Below are positions 40,137-56,363 of a DNA stretch of 64,000 nucleotides, in pieces. Both the position numbers and the translations under genes were made by a program. Positions within the stretch are counted from its first letter, which is position 1. Each line of letters begins with the position of its first letter. This stretch comes from Tubulanus polymorphus. Taxonomy: Eukaryota; Animalia; Nemertea. Below the pieces are notes generated by a model, which saw only the letters and a program-made list of their open reading frames with translations, was not told the origin of the DNA and did not search any database. The stretch covers positions 6,728,485 to 6,792,484 of the forward strand of contig NC_134027.1 of the NCBI RefSeq assembly GCF_964204645.1, written 5' to 3'.

Positions 40137-42779
40137 CCAGAATTTTCTTCATTCATTTCCTATTTTAAGATGCACGCACATTCACATATTTTTACATATA
40201 GAGTGGTGCTTGAAGCACAAAATCGAAATAACATTTCATGAATCAGCCTCTATAGCACATGTACCTCAAGATGTATTAATATGAACAGTGATAAGTGTGA
40301 ATCTTGTCATCAATATGTTATGTAATGATCACTACATGTTTTGTTGTACATAAGTTACTGGAGTCTTTACATTGATGGTGCTAATAAATCATCGAAGAAA
40401 CAAAGAGGTTGATTTGCATTATTCAGTACAGTTTATTGAGAGTTTTATAGTGTGGAATTATTGTTTGTGGTGATTCTGTAATAATTGTGTGTATTCATTA
40501 TACGCATTTATTTTATTCAATAAAAAATACATATGTTTTTATAAGGAATATTGATCGTGACTTTTTTCTTCAAATGTTTATCATTCGCAGCGATTGAATT
40601 GTCGGTTCTTATCTTATTCCTAAGAAATAGCCATCATAATTTGAATTTTTTATGGGGAGGGGCACTGCTGCCCGAATGATTCCAATGACATAATCTCAAA
40701 ATAAAGTGAACGTCTCAATTTAATCCTTGAGATGACGTGTCATCAGATATGGCCGATAACGCCCCTGCAGTTTTCATCACTGTTCACCAAATAAAGCTAA
40801 CGCCGCAAGAAGAATGGATTAAGGTAAACCATGTGTAAGGCGGATCGGTGATAGTCGAATATCGTTTATATCGGGTGAATATTGGGCCCGATTTTTCCAT
40901 CGTTCTTTTTGGAAAAAAAATAAGTCGGATTATGTAAGTCGGAATCTCGTAATACTTTTCTTGGTCCCAAGATAAACGATCGCACTATTTTCTTCCCTCT
41001 GCAGTTTGATTTCTTCCCCGTCCGAACCATGTTCCTGGCTTGGAATCGACGATACATGTCAACGGTTGTTACTTTGGTAGTGGTAAGTGTATTCGAATGA
41101 ATTTAGAAAGATAAACCCGAAATATTTCAGTGTTTTGAATCATTTCTAATTGTTGATGTCGATTTCCCCGTTTACAGAAATTAATTCTCAAGTCCGTAGT
41201 TTTCGTAATAATGGAAATCCGACTTATTCAAGGTTGACGGACGTCTTCTAAGTCGAAGGATGTCCTTGCTCCCTAAAGATCCGACTTACGCAACGTTAAC
41301 TGTTTTTTTCTGACCATGAAATTAAAATGCACGATACGATTATCTTTTGTTTTTATGCGTGACACGAGTCTAATGAGGTAACGGAAAGATGTACTATAAA
41401 TCAATGGGTTTGACAATGTAGATTCCCGCGCTATTCAATGTCGAGTCAATGCCGAGTACTGTCTCGTGGGATAATTTATTTGCATTTACGTAGTTATTGT
41501 TCCCTCATGACGGTAACTACGTACACAAATTGCCATGTATATATAAGTATGGGATCTATATATAAGTCTGTGGAATGTAAGGTGGCATTTTGAAAACTAA
41601 ATCGAATTTAAGTTCGAACGAATGTGAAATAACCACTGAAAAAAGTGATGATGGAAATATTTTTTGAAACAAATTGAGAAATATATAGGATGGACTTAAA
41701 TTTGATTACGCACGCAACTCAGAAACAACAGAAACGCCACTTTCTCGAATTCGCGGCGGATTTCTACGCGCTGGACACAATTAGCTTGTGACAGTTCAAA
41801 ACTGGATAACGAGAAACAACAGTTGCGTGTGTCAGCGAATGGGCATTCATAATTTAATAAAGCATAAAAAGACCTCCGTCAATCTTGACTGTTCTTGTAC
41901 AATGGTCAGTGCCATACAGGTCGTGCAGTACTAACAAGACATGTGTACACATCAGGAATTTGTCGACAACATTACACGGTTGACCGCGCGAACAATATCT
42001 CCCCCAGGAAGACAAAATGGCCACTATCACTAAGGAATACGCACGCAATTGGATTTACATGGAATTCGGCGTAAGTTCTTTCAAATCATACTTGATAACA
42101 TATCAGCGCATACACAGAAAGGTACATCTCTATCTATTGACCAATTTAGACAAGTGGGCATAGGTTCTGTAAACAACGAAAACTTACCTCAATATCCCCA
42201 TAGAGCATTTTCAATTCTATTTACATCACGAGTTTACACGTAGGAACGTAACTCGCGCTAAACATGATGACAAAACTCTTGTGTGAAATACATCGGTCAG
42301 TTCTATATGGAGTTTTTCCATTTTCATAGCAAATCCAAATAACACCTCCAATTCCGTAAATTCTAGAAAAATACCGGGATTTTAAGTCTCCATGTAGTAG
42401 TTTTATTTTCAAAAAATTTAGTATTTCATTTCATATATATGTATATATACATATACATAAACATATATGTATATACGGAATTTCATGAAATTGAAATATA
42501 TACGTTTCATGTTTAGAGGAAGAACTCATTAGCAGTTTAATATTTGGTTATATGAAACGTGTGATCTCTATCGGAAACCGTTCATTTTCACATTTGCTGC
42601 TATGAAATTTATGGCGATTTTCCACGCGCTTACATCGTATCCACGTCGATGTCATTATACACGTAATGCTTCGACAAGAGACCGTGCACATAAATAAGAT
42701 ATGTTAACATGTTAACATAAGTATGCAAGTATTAGACATGTAATTCACTTAGTAAGATGTGTATTTTTCAGGCAAAAAG

Positions 42780-44840
42780 ATGATATCTAAGTACGCTGCG
42801 TGCTTGCTGTTTGCATATCTGACACAGATCGAAGCAAGTGAGTAACTTTCAGTTCTAATGGCTTTAAGTTTTCTGAATTGATTTGTCGAAAACTCTTTCC
42901 TCCTACGAATAAGATATGTTATAAAGATCTGCTGACTAGATAATGCCCGCTACTGATATATACGTATATATGTTAGTTAACGTCTTTTCTAATTCTTTCT
43001 GTAATAAGGTAAAGGTTAATCCGTTCCGCGTTTCGAGCGCATAATGTCTTCGCTCGCAGCTTTTTTTTACTGTGATGTCCCATTGGAAACGGCCAAATTA
43101 ATACGAATTTTCTGTCAATCATTTTGTTATGTCAACTCCATGGCTACTTATATTTATGCATTAGGCATGAGTGACAACGTCAACTATGTAATTAGCCTAA
43201 CTGAAACTTCTCGAACCAACCCAAAAAATGATAAGAATTTGTTCACAAAAACGTATTTTCATTGACCAGTTAAATGATCATCTGCATATATTTAATATTG
43301 AAATGACTAAATGAAAGTGACCAGCTATGGCTACCGGCGGCTAATTCCATTTCGAATATGTGGAAGTTTCCTCTAAAACGATACTTTTTCATATCTTTTT
43401 CATGTAGGTACAACGCCGGCCACACCATTGCCGACAACCTCGTCATGGTGGGACACAGACTATCCAAAAGCGGTCATAACTCTAGCTGTTTTAGCCGGTG
43501 CGTTGATAATAGGAATTGCCATAGCAAAATTAGCTGAGTGGTTTTATAAAAGGAACAGTGTCAGAGACGATGCCAGTGATATATCGGAACACACAAAAGA
43601 ACTACTTCGTAAACAGCTGGCACTGCTATCGATGCGAAAGAATAGAAAAGCTCTGCATTCCGGTCAACTCAAAGATCACGAAAACCCTGAAATAGACCAA
43701 AAGGCGAAAACATCGAAGATCTTGAAGACATGGATGAACAAAGCAAAACGATCTCGCACGAAAAGCGAAAATAATACGATAACCGCGACAGTAATTGTGA
43801 ACAACAACGCCGCGGTGTTTGATTCTGCAAACAGCCCGCCGTCACGACCGAAAACTAGAATCAGTTTTTCGGACGAGCAAAAAAAGTACAACGACGCTCA
43901 ACAGCAGTGGGATGACGTTAACGAGATCACGGCTGACGTGAGTCCAGTCCCATTAGCAGAAGGGAGTGAAGGCAATAAAAAGCAACTCGTGAACGGGAGC
44001 GCTGGAAAACGATCTGAATCCCCTGTGAAACGATCGGCATCTCCGAAAAAACGACCGTCGTTGAAATCGGTCTCAGAAGCACAAGCGAGCGCTAAAAATA
44101 CGAAGGGCAGCCTTACTTCGGAGGAGTTCGAATTCATTGACGAAACGTTAAAAGCCATGGACGATAAAAAGCCCGAAGGCAAACCAGTGAAAAATAAATC
44201 GCCAGCAAGTCCAAAATCACGGACACCTAGTCCGAAGAAACGAACTACAAGCCCACCCAAAAAGGACAGTGAAGTGGCGCCCAAAAAAAGTGATACGATA
44301 ACACCAAATCCTGTGATAAAAAATGACGCAATAAAATCGAAACCAGCCAACAGGGCCTCTCCTACGGCACCCCCGGGATTAGAACCAAAGCCACCGTTAA
44401 ATAAAACGGTCGCTGCAGACGATAACGGGCAAGATAGCGTGGCATATTCCCGTTATAGTGTACCATCCCCTCGATCTGATAATAATAAGACAATACCGCG
44501 CCCAGTATCAGCTTGGAAGCCCGAACAGGGCTCGCAACCATCGACGAGTGATTCGGCGGCAAAAAAATCTACTTCAACTATTGTAAAAGACACTAAAGCC
44601 AATAGCGGGAATCATGCTTCGCCGCCGCCTGCTACTTCATCAAAAACGCGGCCGCAGACAGGTGCCTCGACTTCGACTGGCAAAACGAAAAGTGCGGACG
44701 ATAAAGCGCGGCCGGTTACCGCTAGCACGAGAGTTGTTGCGACGAACCATCAAAGCAAAGATTCGAACTCGACGAAAAAACAGACCACCCCGACAAAAAC
44801 TGCTTATAGTGATAGACCTACTGCAAAAAGTGCTAAATAA
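42780..44840 (+). CDS. Uncharacterised single-pass type I membrane protein (496 aa): signal peptide, about 20-aa ectodomain, TM helix, long disordered Ser/Pro/Lys-rich tail
   Basis: Exon 42780-42837 (MISKYAACLLFAYLTQIEA) splices in phase 1 to 43408-44840 in the frame of the 470-aa ORF, whose listed start is TTG. Hydrophobic stretch AVITLAVLAGALIIGIAIA is followed by basic residues. Confidence 0.75.
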
Positions 44841-46016
44841 CCCGGGTTATTTTATCACGCGGTGCACATCGTGCCAAATACATTTATATACAGTTCATAA
44901 ATGGTTTTGCCGCGGGTAAAGCTATAGACCGTCCAAACAGATCGACTCGTCTCTCTAGACGATTTAGTAAACATGGATCACAAGCATAACCCGGACAGAC
45001 AACGATTCCACAATTATTGACGTCGGTTGTATATATAGTTGTATGTTTCACGATTATGCTGAATAATTTATTGCTCGGGCGAACTACAGGTCTAGCTATA
45101 CTAAAGATATTGTACACAGTGATCTGGAAGAAATACAGGAACAATGATTGGGCACTGGACTTATCGTAAGTCCAGGTAACAGTAAGAGATTGAGCCTGTC
45201 CAATTTCTTATTTTTTCGTATATACGAATTAATTAAGCAACATTATTGCGAAATGACAAGTAAATATTTACACCACAATTCTTTAATTGTGACAGGGTAA
45301 TTTAGGTTAATTACAAAAAATAGTTAGATAGACTACCTCCTGCAAAACGAATACGGTGAAAAACGCGTGAAGATGATTGATGATACATGTATTTATACCT
45401 TAGATTAAAAAGATTCAGTTCCCGCCTTCGTGGAGTTCAAAATTCAGAACGAATAAGTTAAACTGAATAATATGGGCTTATCTGGTTGCTTACGATGATT
45501 ACTTAGTCAGCTGGGCACGTTAAACGCAGCACATCTCAGTTAAAAGAAAATCTTTAGTGCTATAATTAATCTTTAAAATGAATTATTTCGCTATTTTTTA
45601 ACAACCATTTTTTGAAAAGTTCATAACTATTTGCAGTGTTTGCTAATATTTTCCATGAAAATCATCGAATCAAAGCAGGAGAAACACTGTTTTCCTGTTC
45701 TTAAGATTTAACTTGAAATATTGCTGCTAGTCCTGTTTTCATTAGATGTTGACAAACTTGTTAATAATTTCTTATGGGGCAAGAAGATTCATTTTGTTCC
45801 CATTACTATAATGGTTCTATAATGTAATACGGAAGTTTAGAAAATCATACAATTTATAGATCTCCATGCTCTCAGGTTAAAACTCAACAATGGCAAAATA
45901 TCCTCATAAGAAAAGACTAAGTTGACTAAAGTTTTTCTTTTTTTGTAAAACATCGTACATGCAATTGTATTGACATTTTGTATAATTTAATGGAAATTCA
46001 TAATACATAAATGATT

Positions 46017-47939
46017 TCATTGAAAAAGTGTCTGATCTGATTTACTTCCATAGAAAAGCCGCCAAGAAACAGGGATTTTCCAAGCACTCTCCTGAAATGA
46101 AAGAAAGATCATCAAATCATTGGACAAATGACTGAACCCTAGGAAACCGCAAATGCAATTCATCAAATCTTCTTTTCTTTTTCTGCAGAGATTGAGTATA
46201 AATGAATAAAATGTCATTACCTTGTCTTTTATCAAATTTTTCCATGTGTTTAAATGCGTTGCCAATCTAATAGCATCTTGGACATTATCACCTTCTGAAC
46301 AGAATGTCAACACACACAATGCAGAAATGTTTTCTTGAGACCTTCAATATAAAGCAAACCCGGACAATCGTGTTGTGTTCCTATTTCAACTGATCATAAA
46401 ATAGAATCTGCTTAATTCAGACCATTTGGGACCAACAAAATTCATCTGGTTTCCGGGAAATCCGGAATAAAATTCATTTTCTTGTACATCTGTGAACAAA
46501 TGGACTGCAAATATTGTCCAGATTAGACCAAAATCTGGATTCAGTCGATCTGAATTAAGCGGATTTGACTGCATTAGTGTAGAACTTGCTTACATGCTTT
46601 CATACAGTTTTTTGGCGATGCCCGCTCCAGGCATATAATTGTGAGATTGTTCATGATCCAATCCTGCCTCAGGAGGAATTTCCTCCAGTTCTTTCCAGTT
46701 TAAATCCGTCATAATTTTCTCCTTATGCTCTTTAGGAAACGTTGAAGAGGTGACATGTCTAAGCTGTGTACTGAAATAATTCAAAAAAGTACTTAAACAT
46801 GAAGAATTAAATAACAGCCCTAGAAATTCAGCATAAAGTGCATTTAAAGCTGAATTTTACCCAAAGAGCTGTTGATCAATTCGCATATGTGAATGACAGC
46901 TGGTTAGAATAATCACATCTTTGAATCCAATATCCTTTATCCAGTTCAAAAGCCATTCCCTGTACTCCTGTGATTTTCCCTAAAACATGAAAAAATCAAC
47001 ACACAGTAAATGATATAATACAATATAATGTATGAAAGTATATAAAAGAATACAAGGATACCGTAGTATTAAACTCTTTTTTAGTTTTTAACATCAATTT
47101 TCATCATTTCCAGAACATTAATTTCATTACTATTAGTAAAGACCATAATTTTGGTCTTAACCCCAGTAATAGCAATGTGAGTTTTTGTTAAGACTCAAAC
47201 TAATAATTTACCTTGGCAAATGGGGCTCTTTGTTGCATTATCACTAAATCATTTTGTTCATCTTCAAAGACTGGAAATATAAGTAATTTCAATCCAAATA
47301 AATTTCTTTACAAAATCATTGAAGAAATTGAAATAACTACAGAAATTCATCATATAGTACAGTAGATTTTAGAACAGTATGAATTTCTCCTAAATACGAA
47401 TTAAGCAGTGTCTACTGTAACACTCTTTTCACCTTCACAAGCGGTCATCAACAAACATGAAGAATCAGTGACTTTAGAAGCGTACGGGTCATTACCAACA
47501 ACAGGCAGTATGCAGTTAGTATAAATGTAGCCAATTCGTTTCGCGTTCAACGTCGAAATGATGACATCTACAGCAAGTTGTCCGACGTTACCGACAGATA
47601 CAGCGGGCTATAAACATAGATAAAAGTCTAGGTATACAAAAAAGCCAGCTAAGAAAGGCTCAAGCTACCTACAATACCTGAATACATTTCAAAAACAATT
47701 ACACTCATCTAGTAATTGTGTACAATCTTTGATTTGGTTATGCGTTAATTATAATATTGAAAAGTTTTACAATTATTTCAATAAAATTTAGTTGAACATT
47801 TGACTTGTAACAACGGTGATGATTTATCATGAGGTTTTGACTTATTTTCAAGGCCCATCACCATAATACTGTTACCACGGTGACATACAATGATTAATGT
47901 TTTATCCTTCCAGCTTCCACATTGTTTTCCAATGAACAT
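46017..47939 (-). CDS. PSMG2: Proteasome assembly chaperone 2 (PAC2)
   Basis: ATG at 47939 (MFIGKQCGSWKDKTLII) splices to PAVSVGNVGQLAVD. Further motifs ILPVVGNDPY, MQQRAP, MPGAGIAKKLY, FCSEGDNVQDA and WKIPVSWRLFYG. Stop at 46017-46019. Confidence 0.93.
46397..46572. mobile_element. Degenerate Tc1/mariner-pogo-type MITE in a PSMG2 intron
   Basis: aatctgcttaattcaga at the left end is the imperfect inverse of tctgaattaagcggatttgactg at the right end (CAGTC-type terminus). Confidence 0.45.
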
Positions 47940-48902
47940 TTCGGTTGATGCACAAAATTTGAGAGGATAAACGGAGAAATAAAATAATTTATTGTCAAAA
48001 TAACTTTTGAAGAATACGTTGCGCTATCGCTGTAACGGAATAAAAGTAGGGGTGGTTCGAACCCCAGAATATCGTCATTTATATGCAGTGATTACTTCCA
48101 CCAGATTTTATTTTCTCCAAAAAAAAACTAGGGCCTATGAACCATCCTTTGGACCCCATCGTTCTGACTTCAAGTAATAATTCCTGCTGATATTCCAAAA
48201 ATTCAACAAATACAATGATGCATCATTTTCACGATTATTTATTTGAAACTCAAATATCCATCATATTTTTGGATAATGTACATCTTTTGAATAAACATCA
48301 TCTCATAATAAAAATCTAGCAACAATCATATTACCATTATTATGTTCAAAATATCTAAAAAAACCTGATTGAAGATGTGGAATCACCCTAATCCTATCCA
48401 GTTACGAAAAAGCATTAATTCAAATCCAAATAATATATGAATTATGCATCGAACATTAGGAAAAAGGATGACAGAGAGAAAACTTGGTGCCACATACAAT
48501 AAATAAATTCGTCCAACTTCTGATAATTAGGTTTACTGGCACTAGTAGTGATTAAACTACGGATTAGACTACAATCATAGGATGAAAAAGTAACTTTCAT
48601 ATCTATATGATAACACGTAAACCAGTATTTTCAGTTACCGGTACTTGGGAAGGCTGCCACAGTTAACATGCATGTACTGTACTAAGTATATACCAGAGCC
48701 ACGGAACAAAAATGAAATTAACAGTAAAAACACTTAAATCTAGAAAATTATGTGGTGAAAATAGATTACCCCATCCATAAGGTTTTTGCATATAAAAATA
48801 TCTCTTTAATCCAAAAAATGGAGGATTTGCTAGAAATCGTATTTTTGTTCTAAACATTTGCACAGAACCCGAGCGGCACATCAATATTCGATGATGATGA
48901 TG

Positions 48903-52233
<3,331 letters not shown>

Positions 52234-53443
52234 CACAATGTTTGTTCTGCATTATTGCTGAATCTGAATGAAAAAAGACCAATGGTAAAATATCACAAGT
52301 ACCATTTTTCTAAGTACATTTAGACTTAGTGACAGTACTGTACCATATACAGAAGTATGGGTATGCCAGATTAGACCTGCTGTATTGTATCATTATTATT
52401 AATTATCTTAAATTTACTATTAAAACTAGGTCATCTACTCTAGCTCTACTTAACTACACTAGGCCCTCCTCTTAGTTAGTTACCTAATCGTTGGTGGTAA
52501 GCTTTTATAATCGGATAGGGATAGGCTTTGCTTCTTTACATTTACAAATAATTAATATTATGTCTAAAAACTTCCTTGTGGTTTGTAACGGGGACCCCCC
52601 TTTAGTTATCGGGTACCCCCTTTTAAGATGCCCCTTAGTTACTACTACCCCCTACTACAATGAGTGATATTACGCACAAACTCATTGACATTGGTTGGTA
52701 CGGTCTGATGGTGACATCATATAGGCCGGAAAACTACGAGAACAAGAACAAGAAAATATCCGATCGTGAAACTAAAGTAAACCACGTCCTATAGACTGCT
52801 GAATGCAGAACTGACTCTAATTAGAAGAGTATCTGGGATAACTTACAGATTTATCTGTCGATGCCAACACGGCTATCTTTCTGTCATTAAAATTCTATAG
52901 TATTTCTTCATAATTTTTCAAACCCGGAAGTATTTTTCTTCAGTAGGGATTAGTTTATGATCGGCAAATCCCTTTCGGTATTCAATTCAATTCAACCATT
53001 CATACCTAATAACTTTATTGATGTTACGTAACATCATCGGTAGAAGAAGGACAATAAAGTAATACACAGTACAAAAATATAGAAAGTGTAATACAAAGAA
53101 CACAAACAAACAAAAACAAGCACAAGAAGAAGAGACCGGTAGGGTGGGTATGTACATACAATAATACAATAGGCTATCCTAGCTTTCCATCCATTACGCG
53201 TAATCCAGTCTCCGGAAGAATAGCACTGAAGCTGGTTGAATAAGATATCTTTGCATTTTGTCGATATGTTATGCCAACTTTGGTTTTTAAGGGTATCTTT
53301 TTTTAATAATCATGCAGCAAATAACAATAAGTATATACCGAGGTGGCGCTAGCGGACGGACAAGCAATTATAAATATTATTATTACTAATTAATGTTATT
53401 ACCCCCTTATACTATCGTTTTTTAGTCATGGAGACAGATAAAG

Positions 53444-53977
53444 GGTAAAAGTGCAGATCCGCACCTCTCCGCGTAAACGGTTCAATCAATTACATTAAAT
53501 ATCATTGGTTCAGATTCAAAATGTCATCAGCAATTCAGTACATATATATATATGAGCCATCCACGTTCCCGTCTCGACCCGTTACTGTCTCGACCCGTTC
53601 CCGTCTCGACCCTACTGTACAATAGCGCCACCACAGTCGATTATTTGAACTAAAACACTACGGCGCGTATCGGATTCGTTTTTCGCATGTGAACCTACCA
53701 ACAATTTTACAAAATCAAATTAGATTTTTGAAAACTTTTCATTGAAAAGATCGAATGATGGAAACGGTATAAGCTTAAGTGCAGATCCGCACCTCTCCGC
53801 GTAAACGGTTCAATCAATTACATTTAATATCAATACGTATTTCAGATTCAAAATTCAGCAATTCAGTGGTTTGCCATTGGTTAATTTTTAGATATCTTCA
53901 CTAGAAAGATTTTAGCCTGGATTCTGTCATTCAGCAGATTGCGTCAATCACGAGAGGTGCAGTTCTGCACTTTTACC
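53444..53977. mobile_element. Non-autonomous DNA transposon with GGTAAAAGTGCAGA TIRs and about 8-bp TSD (Merlin/MULE-like), with an internal second copy of the left end
   Basis: ggtaaaagtgcagatccgcacctctc ... gagaggtgcagttctgcacttttacc; flanks AGATAAAG / AAATAAAG. The left-end sequence repeats near 53777-53867, and gtctcgaccc occurs three times at 53571-53611. Confidence 0.65.
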
Positions 53978-54170
53978 AAATAAAGTTATCTTATTCTTAT
54001 ATTATCTGTTTATCGATAAGCAACCGATAACAGCTCGATAACTAGCAAATGGCATTTGCCAATAGCAACTGGCATGTCCCTCCAGGTCTTCCATATCAAT
54101 ATACAGCGATTTGTATGCCGTTCTCGGAAGGGATTTCAAGTGAAAATTTTCCAAACACTATAGAAACAAT

Positions 54171-55950
54171 TTAAAGGGCCTAAATGAAAGAAGGGTTTAA
54201 TATAAGATCATAGCAATTTACAGAAATAAAATCGGTTGCGCCGTTCAAAAGTTATGAAGGAATTTGTTGGCTGAAAATCACACTTCTCAGCCATAGAGTC
54301 TTCATTAGGAAATGAACTAAAGGTCATAAGGTCAAATGGTGACCAAATGATCAATTTCTTAGTTAAGAAACAATTGAAAGTAGAAAAGAAACTTGTATAT
54401 CTTTGGGAATTGTCATCCGATTTCAATCAAACTATGGGAAAAATCAGAATAATAGTTTCCCTATTGATTATAAAACTTAAACTAATAATTAATTAAGCCA
54501 ATTAAGGGTAATTAGCTTAATTAATTGGCTCATTGCCAGATCCAGGTATTCATCAGCTAAAAGCAGAGGATAAATGTTTACTTATTTGTGTTACAACTTT
54601 ACAGGGATAAATATATGCGACCATAATTTGTCGCAGACCTCGCAACACATAGAAATTGGTTGCCATGGTAACCACTATAGCAACAATTGATTCTTGGGAT
54701 CAATATGGTTGCTGGCGCTCGGAAAGTATTTCAAACCCAAAAACGCATCATGATTGGTATCAAAATGACCGTATTTATCCCAGCTTCCTCTATTTAATCA
54801 GGATTCATGCATTCAGTTGATTGGTAAGAAAATATTAGAGATCGAATAAGAATTCTTGATTTTCAAATTTAGGCCAAGTTGTGTTAGGCCTATAGGATCT
54901 TCATAGCTGAAGAAGATCCAGAAGGAACCTTTTAAAGTACTCGAAGAAGGATTTATTAATTTACACTTTTATCTTTTGCAGGTGACTCCAAGAAATATGG
55001 TGAAGTTAAATAAGCCGAACCCATGTTGAAAAAATCATTATGCGAAATGTAGAATTGTAGGCAAATCCCTTAAAGCTTAGGCCTACCACTGGCTGAAGGG
55101 AGTAATTTAAACTGCAACCTTCTTATCTGAATAAGCTTCAATAGATAAGTCAATGGATTTGTGGATTGAGAATTTGATTACTTGTAATTAATAAAATACA
55201 GCAATTAGAAATTTTGTGGCGGCCCAAGTCCAAAGATGTTCATAAGAGTTTGGCCATTTCAATTGTAGCTTATAGTTGATTAGTAAAACATAAATAAATT
55301 ATTATTTGATAAATAAATATTGTATTTTCATTTCAGTTCAGTTTTTATATGGTCAGTTTTATTGGGGAGAGGCAGGGGGCTCATCTAGCTGCTTTTTCAG
55401 TGTGATTGATGAGCCGAGCGAGGTAGGTAGGCCTAAAAGGCCTTCAGAATAACACACGGGATTTCTTTAGCTTCATCGGTTACATCAACCCCAAAGTTGC
55501 TCAAAATAAAATTATTATCATAAACTTCATTGATCCTGGGAGAAAATGACTTAAAACAACTTAAAACTAGCGTAAACAGCTGATTTACACATGTAAACAA
55601 ACGCTAACGCGAACCCGGAAGTGAATGAAAATGCCCGGATGTAGCAATTTTTTCGATACTTCCCAACTTTACAGCAATTTCCGGGGAAGACGGCTTAACG
55701 AATCAAACTAAAACTGTTTGCTATATAAACTAAAACTACTATATTTTTACACCTGGGGGAGAACTAATTTCTAAATTTCATAATTTGATGAAATATATTG
55801 CATTTAAAACTTTATAGTGTCGCAAAATCGGTCAAATTGCCGGTACAAACAAGTACGGCATACCTGGATGTCAATCAAGAACTTTTGAAAACACATGTGA
55901 AGGTTTCGTGATCCCCAGTCCCGCCCCTTTTTTGCGAGATCGCCTAGAGG
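54171..55950. repeat. Probable degenerate non-autonomous interspersed repeat upstream of the Ig-TIR gene (boundaries uncertain)
   Basis: Begins TTAAAGGG (Kolobok-like terminus) and contains strings typical of invertebrate non-autonomous elements (aaaatcggttg..caaaagttatg, ttgccatggtaacc). No coding signal, and I could not confirm the opposite terminus. Confidence 0.25.
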
Positions 55951-56363
55951 TTGGGCATCTCAAAACTGCATTTTTCGAAATCCGCGGTGAAGAGTACACG
56001 CGCACCTGTCAATCAACAATCTATAGTTGGCTGGAGTCCAACAGCTTGTAACTCGCGAACTACGCCGCGCATCAACATGGAATTTTCAACACAGTACAAG
56101 ATGCTTATTATCTTCCCTCGAAAATTTAGTTCAAGTAAATCGGATGATAATTACTGAATTTATCAAGTTCATAACTTTTGAAGTGGGAAAAAACGGCACT
56201 ATGGCCGGTTTTGATCACGTGATCTGAAAACCACAGTTCCCTACGAGCGAATAGCCTTCGGAGTTATCCGTACGGTTCCGTCCGACCATTCGTTTTGAAA
56301 ATGTTGAATCGAAATAAAAAAATATGAAACTATTTCGGTCATCGTCGGCGACAAAGACGAAGA

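Noticed and set aside
40911-41310. Repeated taagtcgga/tccgactta motifs suggesting a TIR element
   Set aside because: Termini align poorly and no TSD is visible; probably an old remnant, too weak to annotate.
43676-44562. Hydrophobic minus-strand ORFs
   Set aside because: Antisense to the Lys/Ser/Pro-rich orphan CDS; the apparent Phe/Leu richness comes from complementing AAA-rich codons.
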